Positions 39,686-50,401 of a stretch of DNA of 64,000 nt are shown in pieces (within the stretch, counting starts at the first letter, position 1; each line of letters begins with the position of its first letter). The stretch spans positions 17,012-81,011 of the forward strand of contig JAATFV010000248.1 in assembly GCA_015655015.1 (NCBI GenBank). Direction: 5' to 3'. The stretch is from Chitinophagales bacterium (GTDB lineage Bacteria > Bacteroidota > Bacteroidia > Chitinophagales > Chitinophagaceae). The notes beneath the pieces are model-generated. The model was not told the DNA's origin. It searched no databases and saw only the letters and a list, made by a program, of their open reading frames with translations. The translations under genes and the position numbers were made by a program.

Positions 39686-40489
39686 TCAATTTCTACTATT
39701 CGTCTTCAGCTTCTTCAACAGCAGCTCCGGCTCATTAGTAGTAATAAAATCAATACCCTCAGCTAAAAATTCATCCATTGCCTTTCCATTGTTTACAATC
39801 CACACATTAGTCACGACACCTATCTTTTTGGCTTCGGCGATCCAGTTCGCGTTTTTGTTAAATGCATCGGCATTATAATCCGCATCTATTTTATCTGCTT
39901 TTAATTTTTCCGGCGGCAAGTCTCCTTTTAAATACTGCACAGGCGCATTGGGATCTAACTCCCTTACCCTTTTACATACATCATAATCAAAAGCTATGTA
40001 AACCACCATTGACTGACCTTTCAGAAAATGCACCATTTCTACCACCTTATTAGCTAAGCTCAACGAACGTTCTTTGCTGATTCTTGAAGGTTTAATTTCA
40101 GCGATCAGTTTTGTTTTATTCTGTTTCATCCCTTCCTTCAAATAGTTCTCGAACGTGGGAATTTTTTCGCCATTTTTCATTGTTTTTTCGAGTAGCTGCT
40201 CATAAGTGCTGTTTTCAATGTTTAGCCCCATAAAGGCATCATCATGGTTAATAACTAAAACGGTATCGCTTGTCATATGTATATCAAACTCCGAGCCTCC
40301 GCAGCCAAGCGCTATAGCAGCTTTTAAAGAAGCAATAGAATTTTCGGGCAGACCGGCCTTTTTAAAAGCGCCGCGATGGGCAATTACTTTGTTATCAAAA
40401 ATCACCGACCCCTTTGTTATTGACTTTTGAGTGGTACAACCTGAAAAGATAACAGCCGCCGTTAAAGAGAAAAAAGATATGAATTTCAT
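39686..40489 (-). CDS. Glycerophosphodiester phosphodiesterase-family lipoprotein
   Basis: FSGC lipobox; IAHRG, PENS, EFDI, HD, EIK, DFITTNEP. Confidence 0.93.
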   Translation of the reverse strand: MKFISFFSLTAAVIFSGCTTQKSITKGSVIFDNKVIAHRGAFKKAGLPENSIASLKAAIALGCGGSEFDIHMTSDTVLVINHDDAFMGLNIENSTYEQLLEKTMKNGEKIPTFENYLKEGMKQNKTKLIAEIKPSRISKERSLSLANKVVEMVHFLKGQSMVVYIAFDYDVCKRVRELDPNAPVQYLKGDLPPEKLKADKIDADYNADAFNKNANWIAEAKKIGVVTNVWIVNNGKAMDEFLAEGIDFITTNEPELLLKKLKTNSRN

Positions 40490-40664
40490 ACAACCAAATT
40501 AAAATATAAGATTAAAAATTAAATCAAGTACTCTTATTTCAATGGAATCAGATTGACAGCGCCATCCACCCCTGAAGACTGTACATTCCATTTACTTGCA
40601 TCAAATGTTTTGTAATTAATATTTACAAAATTGATCTCATGATAGTTATGCCATGACTCACCAT

Positions 40665-40820
40665 TCATATCCATATTTTTTGATCAACCGCGCTACCCAT
40701 CCGCCACCAACGGGTCCAGGGTTTAGCCTGTTGTGTTACGGCAGGCCATTGAGATTGCGCCATCAATTGAAATGAAATAAGCAGAAGCAGAACTACACTA
40801 AAAATCTTTAATTTCTTCAT
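40665..40820 (-). pseudogene. N-terminal remnant of a GH106 alpha-L-rhamnosidase-like gene
   Basis: MKKLKIFSVVLLLLISFQLMAQSQWPAVTQQAKPWTRWWRMGSAVDQKIWI-stop: signal peptide plus KPWTRWWxMGSAV, only 51 aa. Confidence 0.7.
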
Positions 40821-40852
40821 AAAAATCATATCAGTCCGACAGCCCAGCCGGT

Positions 40853-42502
40853 TTAATCTTTAAGCCGCAGCGTGTCAGGAGAATATTGAGGCGCAGCATA
40901 GAGTATTTTAGGTTTTTTTTCTCCAAACAATTGTTGCAGCACTGTGTCGACCCGCTCATTAAAAGGGTAACAAATATGGTTACTTCCCAAAGTTCCGGCT
41001 GGATTGTTTGCAAATTGTATGTAGGTATTTCTACGCAGGGAAGGCAGCCAATCCTTTTGTTCTGCCTCGATGTTAATCAATTCTACTGCCCCCCGGTCAA
41101 ATATATTGTCCCTGATCGTAAAATCAGATGCTTTGTTATAATGAAAACCCCATGATTTAATATGAGCAGAAGACTTTCTGTCAGGGCGCTGTTTTCCCCA
41201 TCCGAATCCTGCGCGGCGCAAAAGGTTGTTTTTAATCACAATATTGTCCATATAGCTTTCGACATTTTGGGGGGCATACCGTATATAATATTCAATCGAG
41301 AATTCACAATCTTCAACCAGGTTGTTGGAGTATGTTACATTCCTCATCACAACAGGCTTACGGGGATCTTCCTGGTACTGGTGAGTAATGCCGGCATCAT
41401 AGATCTGATAGATGTAGCAGTTATCAACCAGAAAGTAATCACAGCCGCCGTAAATTTGTATGGCGTTCCCGTATCGGGTAGGTCGTGAACGTTTGGCGAA
41501 ATTCTCGCTCAAAATGGATCCTCCAATCCATCCAAGCTCACAGTTTGTAACAGTTAGTCCCCTGGTTGTTCCGCTGCCTATTCCATGTGCCCCACAGTAT
41601 TTGAGGCATAAATTATCGATGGTGACATTGCTTTTTGCATCGATGATATTAGTCTTTACAAGCAGCTCTATCGATTTAAAACGGCTGGCAGGATTCCCTT
41701 TTGAAGAATACAGGTAAAGGCGCCGGGTTTCTTTATAGTCATGATAAAAATCCAGATCACGTTTCAGGTCCCGGTAGCTGTTGAAGGGTTCGTCAGTTTC
41801 GATGTGCACGGTTGCCCCATCTCCTTTCCGATCTTTCATTACCTTAAAAGCACAGGATTGTCCCTCATTGAAAACCAGTGTACCAACATCCGCAGGCAGC
41901 TCCTGGTCGTAAACGTACACATCAGGTCTTTCTGTTTCGCTCCATTTGCCCGCTTCTGCAGCATTGCAGGGTGAGCCGTATATTTTTGGTTTCTCCCCTT
42001 TTCCATAAGCGGAATAAATTACCCCGGCCCTTGTGCTTACAGTGCCGCGCCACAGGTCACCCCTCCGGAACAGTACCCCGTCTCCTTTCTTTAGATTTAG
42101 TGAGTTTAATTTGTCCAGACTCCGGATAGGCCTGTCGGACGAAAGCCCGTCGTTTGCATCCCGGCCATTTGCAGAAATATAATAGATGGTTCCCCGTATG
42201 TCAACTTTGGCCGGAGATTGACGAATGGACCGCTTTATATCTTCTGCCTTCCGGTCCAGTTCCGATATAAAAGCCGCAGTTTTCCGATATTCAGCTTCAC
42301 CGATTTCATTTCTCGTTTGTACGTTAATTTTGTTAGTATCCTGCCAGGAGAGATACTCACTACAAGTATCCGCCCTGGCAGAATCAATGACAGGTTGATA
42401 TACCACATCCGCCAATAGCTTACCCGATCCTTCTTTGGCAGTAACTTGAAAAGAGATTAAAATTATCGGTAATAATAAATAAACCAACGCTTTTATTGTC
42501 AT
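40853..42502 (-). CDS. Secreted right-handed beta-helix (pectin-lyase-fold) protein
   Basis: Signal peptide from MTIKAL; YYISANGRDANDGLS...VLFRRGD, Asn-ladder repeats; follows susD. Confidence 0.8.
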   Translation of the reverse strand: MTIKALVYLLLPIILISFQVTAKEGSGKLLADVVYQPVIDSARADTCSEYLSWQDTNKINVQTRNEIGEAEYRKTAAFISELDRKAEDIKRSIRQSPAKVDIRGTIYYISANGRDANDGLSSDRPIRSLDKLNSLNLKKGDGVLFRRGDLWRGTVSTRAGVIYSAYGKGEKPKIYGSPCNAAEAGKWSETERPDVYVYDQELPADVGTLVFNEGQSCAFKVMKDRKGDGATVHIETDEPFNSYRDLKRDLDFYHDYKETRRLYLYSSKGNPASRFKSIELLVKTNIIDAKSNVTIDNLCLKYCGAHGIGSGTTRGLTVTNCELGWIGGSILSENFAKRSRPTRYGNAIQIYGGCDYFLVDNCYIYQIYDAGITHQYQEDPRKPVVMRNVTYSNNLVEDCEFSIEYYIRYAPQNVESYMDNIVIKNNLLRRAGFGWGKQRPDRKSSAHIKSWGFHYNKASDFTIRDNIFDRGAVELINIEAEQKDWLPSLRRNTYIQFANNPAGTLGSNHICYPFNERVDTVLQQLFGEKKPKILYAAPQYSPDTLRLKD

Positions 42503-42503
42503 T

Positions 42504-44429
42504 TCAATACCCGTTATTTTGAGTAAGATTGGGGTTTGCATCTCTTTGTGCTTGCGGTATAGGAAACAACTCGCTTTTCCCGGTTTGAAAACCATTCGCA
42601 TATGAACTAACGATTGGAACCATGCCGCTGCCACCTAACCACCAATTCACCCTCGTTTGTCCCGTTGGCGCCGGTTTGGTAGGCCCTGCTGTATAAAATG
42701 AATTTAAAAAAGGATTAAATTCATCCACATTTGATCTGGGTGGCCGTTGTAAAAAATATAAATACACCGGCAATTGGCCTGCATTTCTGGTATATTCCGG
42801 GCCTTCATCCATATACGTGTATCCGGGTATCGCAGTTCTGACTGTGCTGGAACTGGCCGCAAGTGCATTAAACTTAGCTCTCGTTTCACTAATGGCTGTT
42901 GAAAGAAGGTTCCACCTTATAAGATCGTACTTTCGTATTCCCTCACCCCCAAATTCCAACATACGTTCTCTTACCAAAAATTTAAAAAAGGCATCTTTGC
43001 CGCTTATTGGGATTTCTGGTGCGCCTTCTTTGGTTATACCATCCCCGTAAGCGTTCCCATGACCTCGACGGTTTATTTGACGAACGGCGTCCACCGCTGC
43101 AGCCGTAGGCCCGTTATTTAATTCATTTTCCGTTTCGGCAAACCAAAGCAGTACATCTGCAAATCTTATCAAAGGCCAGCTTAAGTGCAGATATCTCGTA
43201 TCGACATTGGAAGCCGGTCTGAAGCTAACGCTGGAACTACCGCTGCTAAAAATATAAGTTGGATTACTGATCCACTCCTTTCTGAATTTGCCATCATTGT
43301 TCATCTGAATGGCTCTGCCGGTCTTTATTGTATCAAAATCGATTTCATAGGGCACAGAGGTAACATCTCTTCTGATATCGGTCGAATCAAACATATAAAA
43401 ATAGGAAGGTAAAATATAGGTATAAGTTCCCCCAACACCATTTACTCTTGTTCCGTTAAAAATACCTAACCTGCTATCGTAACTTGAATTTAAATTATTC
43501 GTAAATGAAACAACCATCATAAATTCGCCCGCCGGGTCATTCGTATTATGCGCTAATAAATAGTCTTTAAATAAAGATTTGTAGGAGGGCAGTAATGCAT
43601 GTTGATCCGGCCTTGCTATTATTTCCACACATTCATCATGCGCAATCTGGTAAAAGTCCTTATAGTTGTTGGGCCTTATAAGTGCGCCACCGGTTGCAGG
43701 CAACGAATAACCGCCCCGCGTCAGGGCAATTTTTGCACGTAATGCCTTAGCCGCCCCCTTGGTAAATCTTTCATCGATTGCATCCCCTATACTGCTAACT
43801 TCTGTCCTCCAGGGCAGCAGGCCTTCCGCTTCTTTCAGGTCGGCAAGCAAATGATCATAAATAGTATCCCGGCTGGCGCGTGATTTATAAAGGTCAGTTT
43901 CAAATTGAGAGGGATTCCATTGCGCCGGAACATCTCCATAATCGCGGCATAACTCATAATAACATTGCGCCCGTACGACAAGCGCCTCTCCCTGCATTCT
44001 TTTTAATTGCGCTTTCTCCTTATCGGAACCATTGGTATATAAATCCATTTTAGGAATATTATATATACAAAGATTAGCGCGTTCAATACCCTGGTACAAT
44101 TGATTAAAAAAATTGGTCATTGCCGGGCTTGAAGTAATACTGGCATATTTTGTCACTTCCACATATGTATTGTAATAGGATGCGACCCAGGTGCCAATCA
44201 TCTCATCATTGTCAATGCCAAAGAAAATGCTCGCGTAACCATACCCATAATCTCCGGTAAAGGAAGCATAGGCTCCCAATAAAGTATTTCTGGCATTTGC
44301 TATATTGTCAAACACATATTCGGAGTCGAAAGATGAAACAGCTTCCTGTGCCAGAAATTTTTTACAGCCGGCTGTCGCTAAAATTATTAAGATTATACAT
44401 GCTGTTCCAATTATTCTATTAAGTTTCAT
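42504..44429 (-). CDS. SusD/RagB lipoprotein
   Basis: TAGC lipobox, IRFADVLL, ERMLEFGGEG.R..DLIRW, NPNLTQN.GY. Confidence 0.95.
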   Translation of the reverse strand: MKLNRIIGTACIILIILATAGCKKFLAQEAVSSFDSEYVFDNIANARNTLLGAYASFTGDYGYGYASIFFGIDNDEMIGTWVASYYNTYVEVTKYASITSSPAMTNFFNQLYQGIERANLCIYNIPKMDLYTNGSDKEKAQLKRMQGEALVVRAQCYYELCRDYGDVPAQWNPSQFETDLYKSRASRDTIYDHLLADLKEAEGLLPWRTEVSSIGDAIDERFTKGAAKALRAKIALTRGGYSLPATGGALIRPNNYKDFYQIAHDECVEIIARPDQHALLPSYKSLFKDYLLAHNTNDPAGEFMMVVSFTNNLNSSYDSRLGIFNGTRVNGVGGTYTYILPSYFYMFDSTDIRRDVTSVPYEIDFDTIKTGRAIQMNNDGKFRKEWISNPTYIFSSGSSSVSFRPASNVDTRYLHLSWPLIRFADVLLWFAETENELNNGPTAAAVDAVRQINRRGHGNAYGDGITKEGAPEIPISGKDAFFKFLVRERMLEFGGEGIRKYDLIRWNLLSTAISETRAKFNALAASSSTVRTAIPGYTYMDEGPEYTRNAGQLPVYLYFLQRPPRSNVDEFNPFLNSFYTAGPTKPAPTGQTRVNWWLGGSGMVPIVSSYANGFQTGKSELFPIPQAQRDANPNLTQNNGY

Positions 44430-44454
44430 AAGTATAATTTTAAAGCAGGAATAT

Positions 44455-47400
44455 TTAAAATGTCATATTTAATCCGGTTACAAAAGTTCTCGCACGAGGG
44501 TAGGCACTGTAGTCCACACCAGGAGTTGTCGGGTCAGACCTCCTCGTACTTGCATCGGGATCATAACCTGTATAGGCTGTAATGATTGCAAGGTTATTTA
44601 CTGTAGCGTAAATTCTCAGGCTGTTTCCCCTTATTTTCGAAATTATCCTTTTGGGGAAAGTATATCCCAGCGTTACATTGTTGATGCGTAGATATGAGCC
44701 ATTTTCAACGGCAAAACTTTGAGAATTATAGGCACTGGATCCGGTAGAGGGGAACCATATTTTAGCATTCCTGTTCGCATTTGCAATAGTTGAAGAATCG
44801 GCTCCTATTATTGTACTTACGCCCCCAACATTGACTACCTTTTGAATAGGATTTCCATTGGCATCTATCATCCGCCATCGTCCGTTGTCAAACCTCAAAA
44901 GGTTCACTTCCGATCCGTGCCCGGCTGAAAATTCAAGCTTATCTGCATTCAACACATCATTACCTACAACGAAGTTTGCAAATATGGAAAGGTCAAAGTT
45001 TTTATAGCGGAAATTCTGAGTTATCCCCCCGAAAAATTTCGGTTGCGCATGTCCAATGACAGTTCGGTCATTATCCGGATCAATAATTCCATCATGATTC
45101 AGATCCTTGAACTTTGGCGATCCCGGCTGTAAAGCATCAGTCTGTATTCCGGCTGCAGAAGACACTCCTGGCTTAAGGCTATATTTTGTCGTAAAACCGG
45201 GGTAGTTAACATCCGAAAAAGGTTGCGCGATAAAATCTTTCAAAGTATAAAACCCATCATTCACATATCCATACATTGAACCGACTTCCTTTCCGACTTT
45301 AAGAATATAATCTGCAGGCTGGGTAGTTCCATACCAGTTGGAGTTTCTTAATATAAGCTGATTAGAACCAAGATCAGTTATCCTATTTTTATTGAATGAA
45401 ATATTGAAGTCTATATTATAAGAAAAATCGGCTTTGTTCACTGCTGCCACTGACAATTGCAATTCTATACCCTTATTTGTAACAGCTCCCGTATTTTGAA
45501 ATTGAGTAGTATATCCCGATGAGGATGGAATAGCCTGGTTCAGCAGCAGGTTTTTTGATTGATTGGAATAAGCATTCATCGTCGCAGTAACTTTCCCCTT
45601 CCACAACTCTACGTCTAATCCGACGTTTTTTGCAATCTGACTTTCCCACTTCAAATCGTCATTTCCCAGGTTGGCCGGACTAAATATCCCGTTTACAACT
45701 CCATTTAACGCATAACCGCCGTTTGTAGGAACGTTATACCCTGTACGATAGGAAAAAGGGGTAATACGATTGTTACCTGAAGTGCCATACGAAAGCCTTA
45801 AACGCAAACCGCTGACTGTACTACTATTGAAGAATTTTTCCCTCGCAATATTCCACGATAAAATACCCGAAGGAAAATATCCCCAACGGTTACTTTCGCT
45901 GAATATCGATGTTCCGTCCGCACGTACTGTGAACTTTGCATAATATCTTCCGTCGTAGTTATAATCTACGGTTGAAAAATAGGATGCCAGTGCTGTCGGC
46001 ACCTCACTGCTGCTTGGATAAGGCTGTGGATTATCCGATGTGGACGCGGCCGCAAATTGCAAATTTTTGAACGCACGATCTGCCGTAATGCCAATTGGAA
46101 AATACCTCAGCGTCATTCCGTCTGCGCTGTTTACCACTTTTTGCGTTTCCTCACCCACTAAGACATTAAGCGCATGTTTACTATTAAATAATCCGGGATT
46201 GGAATAAGTCAGCACGTTAGAATTCGTAATTTGACTTTTTCCCAAATTGCTTAACGTTACAATGGGTTGCCGGTTATAGATCTTTGCATTGCCGGTTAAT
46301 GTATCATCGAAAGATTGGTTCCTCGTCCTGTTTAAATTGTAAGCAGCCGTGATCCTTAGCGAAAAATATTTCAAAAAATTAAATTGGAAGTAACTATTCA
46401 GATTTAATTGTGTGTAATATCTGTTCCTGACTTCAGCCTTTGAAATCAACAACGGGTTATAAATATTAAGCCCGGAAGAGTTATTTCCATCATCGAGAGA
46501 AGGATCATAAGTATCATCTTGCTGGCCGGGCAAAAGAAACGGCCTGTATCGGACATAATTCCGAAGCCTGTTGCTGGTTGCCGCTCCGGCATTTGAAGTT
46601 CCTGCCCCCCATGCAAATTGATCAACATATGAGGTATTGAATCCAAAACTAAAATTTTCTCCGGCCTTATGATTAATCTTAAAATTAAGGTTCTTTCTAT
46701 CCAGACCCGAGTTAATTAAAATGCCGTCCTGTTTATTAGCAGTCAGACTTAAATTATATGTTGTATTTGCATTGCCGCCATTGACATTTACATTATGCGA
46801 ATATTGTAAGGCAGAAGATCCCATACTTTTTTCCTGCCAATCGACATTGGGATAGGCTTTATAGCTGGCTACAGAATCCCAATTGGTAGCCATACCAATA
46901 TATTTTTTAATAACACCTGCCGTGTCACTACGCCACCACGCCCTCTCATATTGGTACAATACAAAATCGTAGGCATCCATCATTTCGAGTTTCTGCGCTA
47001 ACTTCTGCACGCCATAATACATATTGTAGTTTACATAGGTTTTTCCATTGGTATTTCGCCCTCCTTTTGTAGTAATGACTACCACCCCATTGGCGCCGCG
47101 GGAACCATAAATGGCAGTAGATGCCGCATCTTTTAAAACAACCAGCGATTCGATGTCCTGAGGATTTAATAACTGTAACGCATTGTCCGTTGGCACGCCG
47201 TCAACCACATATAAAGGATCACCATCCTGGGTAATAGACCCCCTGCCTCTGATATTGATCACCGCGTCAGCGCCAGGTATCCCTTCACTCATCGTTACCT
47301 GGACACCTGCAAGACGCCCCTGCAAGACTTGCGCGGCATTGTTCACCGGGTTGTCTTTTATATCTCTGGTTGTGATAAACGAAGATGCCGCAAGCAGATC

Positions 47401-48150
47401 GCGTTTTCTTGTAGACTGATAAGCAATTACCACCGTCTCTTCCAAACCATTTACGGCAATGTCCAGTATTATGGTCAAATTGGTTTTGCCACCCGCTTTT
47501 ATTGTTTGTTTAGTATAACCGGTATAACTTACTTCAATCACATCATCATTGTTTACATTCTTTATCCTAAATCTTCCGTCGACATCGGCAGTATCACCTT
47601 TACCAGTTCTTTTATTCACGATGCTGGCGCCGGATAGTGGTTCGCCTTCTCTATTCGTTACCCGTCCGGTAATGTCAACCGGAGGAGGCGACTGCTGAAT
47701 TTGTCCGGAAGAAGCTGTTGTGGAAGCTTGCCCCGGCGTAATGGTGGAGGAACTGTCCGCCTTACTTTTGTACAACCGGATAATATTACCCCGGATAGCC
47801 CAGTCTATTCCTTTAGAGTGCAGCAGTTGATTGAGTATGTCAGCCACCGTTAAGTTGTCAACGGATATCGTGGCTTTCTCTTTTTTGAAGGCATCCGTAG
47901 CCTCAAACATGATGACCACATCCGCCTTTTTTTCTATTTCGCTGAAAATCTTTTTAATCTGAGCCTGTGAATAATGAAGCGAAATGATCTTTTTCTCGTA
48001 TTCCTGGCCGTAGCCGGGGGCGGCCAGCAGCAGTTGCGCTGAGATAAACAAGCCTACACACATCATTACGGTCACTTTCATAATAAAACTCCAGTTTTGA
48101 TTTAAGAATACCCGGCCATACAGGGTACGACAAATACCTGTTTTTTGCAT
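44455..48150 (-). CDS. SusC/RagA TonB-dependent transporter with N-terminal signalling domain
   Basis: N-terminal extension, VLKDAASTAIYGSRGANGV plug, terminal Phe. Confidence 0.96.
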   Translation of the reverse strand: MQKTGICRTLYGRVFLNQNWSFIMKVTVMMCVGLFISAQLLLAAPGYGQEYEKKIISLHYSQAQIKKIFSEIEKKADVVIMFEATDAFKKEKATISVDNLTVADILNQLLHSKGIDWAIRGNIIRLYKSKADSSSTITPGQASTTASSGQIQQSPPPVDITGRVTNREGEPLSGASIVNKRTGKGDTADVDGRFRIKNVNNDDVIEVSYTGYTKQTIKAGGKTNLTIILDIAVNGLEETVVIAYQSTRKRDLLAASSFITTRDIKDNPVNNAAQVLQGRLAGVQVTMSEGIPGADAVINIRGRGSITQDGDPLYVVDGVPTDNALQLLNPQDIESLVVLKDAASTAIYGSRGANGVVVITTKGGRNTNGKTYVNYNMYYGVQKLAQKLEMMDAYDFVLYQYERAWWRSDTAGVIKKYIGMATNWDSVASYKAYPNVDWQEKSMGSSALQYSHNVNVNGGNANTTYNLSLTANKQDGILINSGLDRKNLNFKINHKAGENFSFGFNTSYVDQFAWGAGTSNAGAATSNRLRNYVRYRPFLLPGQQDDTYDPSLDDGNNSSGLNIYNPLLISKAEVRNRYYTQLNLNSYFQFNFLKYFSLRITAAYNLNRTRNQSFDDTLTGNAKIYNRQPIVTLSNLGKSQITNSNVLTYSNPGLFNSKHALNVLVGEETQKVVNSADGMTLRYFPIGITADRAFKNLQFAAASTSDNPQPYPSSSEVPTALASYFSTVDYNYDGRYYAKFTVRADGTSIFSESNRWGYFPSGILSWNIAREKFFNSSTVSGLRLRLSYGTSGNNRITPFSYRTGYNVPTNGGYALNGVVNGIFSPANLGNDDLKWESQIAKNVGLDVELWKGKVTATMNAYSNQSKNLLLNQAIPSSSGYTTQFQNTGAVTNKGIELQLSVAAVNKADFSYNIDFNISFNKNRITDLGSNQLILRNSNWYGTTQPADYILKVGKEVGSMYGYVNDGFYTLKDFIAQPFSDVNYPGFTTKYSLKPGVSSAAGIQTDALQPGSPKFKDLNHDGIIDPDNDRTVIGHAQPKFFGGITQNFRYKNFDLSIFANFVVGNDVLNADKLEFSAGHGSEVNLLRFDNGRWRMIDANGNPIQKVVNVGGVSTIIGADSSTIANANRNAKIWFPSTGSSAYNSQSFAVENGSYLRINNVTLGYTFPKRIISKIRGNSLRIYATVNNLAIITAYTGYDPDASTRRSDPTTPGVDYSAYPRARTFVTGLNMTF

Positions 48151-48322
48151 AAATTGCAGTGGTTTGAAATATTAAATAGATGATGTTTCTTACGAAACCC
48201 CTTCTTGCTTGACTGGCGGAGGGGTTTTTTACTTAATTCTATATTAGGTTAGGCGCATTGGAGTAGTACACAATAAACAGTTTTAGATTTTGGGTTATTC
48301 TTGTTTTTAACCAACACACCTT

Positions 48323-48356
48323 TACAAGACCCAATTCCGGAAATGGCTCACTAGTC
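48323..48356 (-). promoter_or_regulatory. Putative ECF-sigma promoter of susC
   Basis: GACTAGTGA-N15-GGGTCTTGTA, same boxes and spacing as the copy before fecR. Confidence 0.75.
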
Positions 48357-48527
48357 AAAAAACAGATTTATTAAAAATTTCATAAAAAAGGACCGACTCT
48401 CCGGGTCATCGGTAAATCAATAAAACATTATCAATGTCTTACTAAAGAGACTGTTAACTGATTTTGGATATATTTGGCTCCGTTTAATAATCTTAGAGGG
48501 ATTTGCAGGAATAGCATTTTAAAAAAT

Positions 48528-49064
48528 ATGGCTACCGACCATACGTATTATACCATATTATTGGTACAGTTACAGCAGCATGAACTGGCGGCATTTGATC
48601 ACCTGTTTCGTCATGCCCGTAAAAGATTATATGTACTGGCTTATGCCATTACTACCGACCGCGAAGCCGCCAAAGACATAGTACAGGAGTTCTTTATAGA
48701 CTTCTGGCAGAACAGGCGTTACGAGAACATTCAGCATTCCTTAGAGCATTATATGCTCTTTGCCGTGCGAAACAGGGCGATTAAATACAACAGGAATAAG
48801 ACATCCATCTCCCGCAAAAACGAACTGCTCCCGGAAATTTCAACAGAAACCACCCTTAACTCCCTGGAACAGGCAGAGCTAAAAAAGGAGATGGACGAGG
48901 CCATCGGCCGCTTACCGCCAATGGCAGGCAAAGTTTTCAAATTACACTATGTAGAGTATTTATCCCATACACAAATAGCTGAACATTTAGGCATTAGCAA
49001 GTCTACTGTCAGCAGTCATATGGACCGGGCGCTGAAAGAGCTGAGAGTAACTTTAAAAAAATAA
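48528..49064 (+). CDS. ECF sigma-70 factor
   Basis: AKDIVQEFFIDFW (region 2) and LPP..KVFKL...LSHTQIAEHLGIS (region 4). Confidence 0.93.
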   Translation: MATDHTYYTILLVQLQQHELAAFDHLFRHARKRLYVLAYAITTDREAAKDIVQEFFIDFWQNRRYENIQHSLEHYMLFAVRNRAIKYNRNKTSISRKNELLPEISTETTLNSLEQAELKKEMDEAIGRLPPMAGKVFKLHYVEYLSHTQIAEHLGISKSTVSSHMDRALKELRVTLKK

Positions 49065-49080
49065 TAAAAACTTAACGTAC

Positions 49081-49114
49081 GACTAGTGATCGCACCATAA
49101 AACCGGGTCTTGTA
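49081..49114 (+). promoter_or_regulatory. Putative ECF-sigma promoter of fecR
   Basis: GACTAGTGA-N15-GGGTCTTGTA ending 5 nt before the ATG. Confidence 0.75.
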
Positions 49115-49119
49115 TTAAT

Positions 49120-50292
49120 ATGACAAACTTAACAGCGCATCAGGAATATCTGCTACTCGGCAAAGTGAGTAATACGCTGGGTGAACAGGAAATAAAGGAA
49201 TGGGAGCAAATGGTTCAACAGTTACCGGAAGTTGCCACAGCCTATAAGCAGTTTATTGATCAGTTGCCCCACGACCAGGTAGCGACAGGGTTCAGCTATG
49301 TGGATGACCCGGGTTATTGGGAGGACATTACCGCCTCTTTTAAAGAAAAGGACCCCGCGATATCACCAGCCCCTCCCGCCAGAGTACGACAACCGTCTTT
49401 TTTTCGTAGCCGATGGATGGCAGCCGCTATTGTAGCCGGTATTATAGTGGGATCGGTTTTCCTGTGGAATCAATCGCGGCAACCCGCTAACCGGGACAAC
49501 ATGGCCGCAAACGAAAAACCCAATATAGAACTGCGGCTGGCAGATGGTAAAGTAATTAATCTCTCCCGGCAGCAGGGCAGCATCCGGACGAATGCCGCAC
49601 AGTTTAATAATACCAATAAAACCCTCACTTACTCCACAAGCAATAACACGGCGGCTATTGCCATTAATACGCTTACCGTTCCGATTGGCCTGGATTATAA
49701 GATCAACCTGTCCGATGGTACTGAAGTATGGATGAACTCCGCTACTGAACTGAAGTTTCCAATGGCTTTTGCGGATGTTACCCGTGAAATAACCATTAAT
49801 GGGGAAGCCTACCTTAAAGTGGCTAAGGATACGAAAAGACCGTTTATTGTACATCTGCCGCACAGCACCATGCAGGTACTCGGAACAGAATTTAATGTGA
49901 ACAGTTACGATTCAGGATTGGTGAAAGTGGCATTGGTAGAAGGTTCGGTAAACATGGAAGCCCCGACAGGAACAGCTAAACTGGTTCCCGGCAAGCAGGC
50001 TATTTACCATGAAGGGCAATCCATTCAGCAGGAAACCTTTGATGCAAAGTTCGTACTCGGCTGGCAAAAGGGGTTATTTTATTTCGATGAAGTGACCTTG
50101 CAGGAGATCGCGAAAGTAGTACCACGGTGGTTTGGTATGCAGGTAGTGATTGATGACCCGGCTATCAACCATAAAAAATTTGTAGGCGTCCTGGACAGAA
50201 ATCAACCCATTTCCAATTTCCAGGGTGACCTGAAATTAATATCCGGCATAGATTCTTATGTAGATAAAAATAACGTGTTGCATTTTAGATAG
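49120..50292 (+). CDS. FecR-family anti-sigma factor
   Basis: One TM; LSDGTEVWMNS, GEAY, VLGTEFNV. Confidence 0.94.
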   Translation: MTNLTAHQEYLLLGKVSNTLGEQEIKEWEQMVQQLPEVATAYKQFIDQLPHDQVATGFSYVDDPGYWEDITASFKEKDPAISPAPPARVRQPSFFRSRWMAAAIVAGIIVGSVFLWNQSRQPANRDNMAANEKPNIELRLADGKVINLSRQQGSIRTNAAQFNNTNKTLTYSTSNNTAAIAINTLTVPIGLDYKINLSDGTEVWMNSATELKFPMAFADVTREITINGEAYLKVAKDTKRPFIVHLPHSTMQVLGTEFNVNSYDSGLVKVALVEGSVNMEAPTGTAKLVPGKQAIYHEGQSIQQETFDAKFVLGWQKGLFYFDEVTLQEIAKVVPRWFGMQVVIDDPAINHKKFVGVLDRNQPISNFQGDLKLISGIDSYVDKNNVLHFR

Positions 50293-50401
50293 GCCCTTCA
50301 TTGCAAACGAAGTCGCCGCCTTTCGTGGGCTTTTGCATGTAAGTTCAATACACCGGAGGTCGGGATCCCGGATTTTACCCATTTGTGAACATAAGGCGCT
50401 A

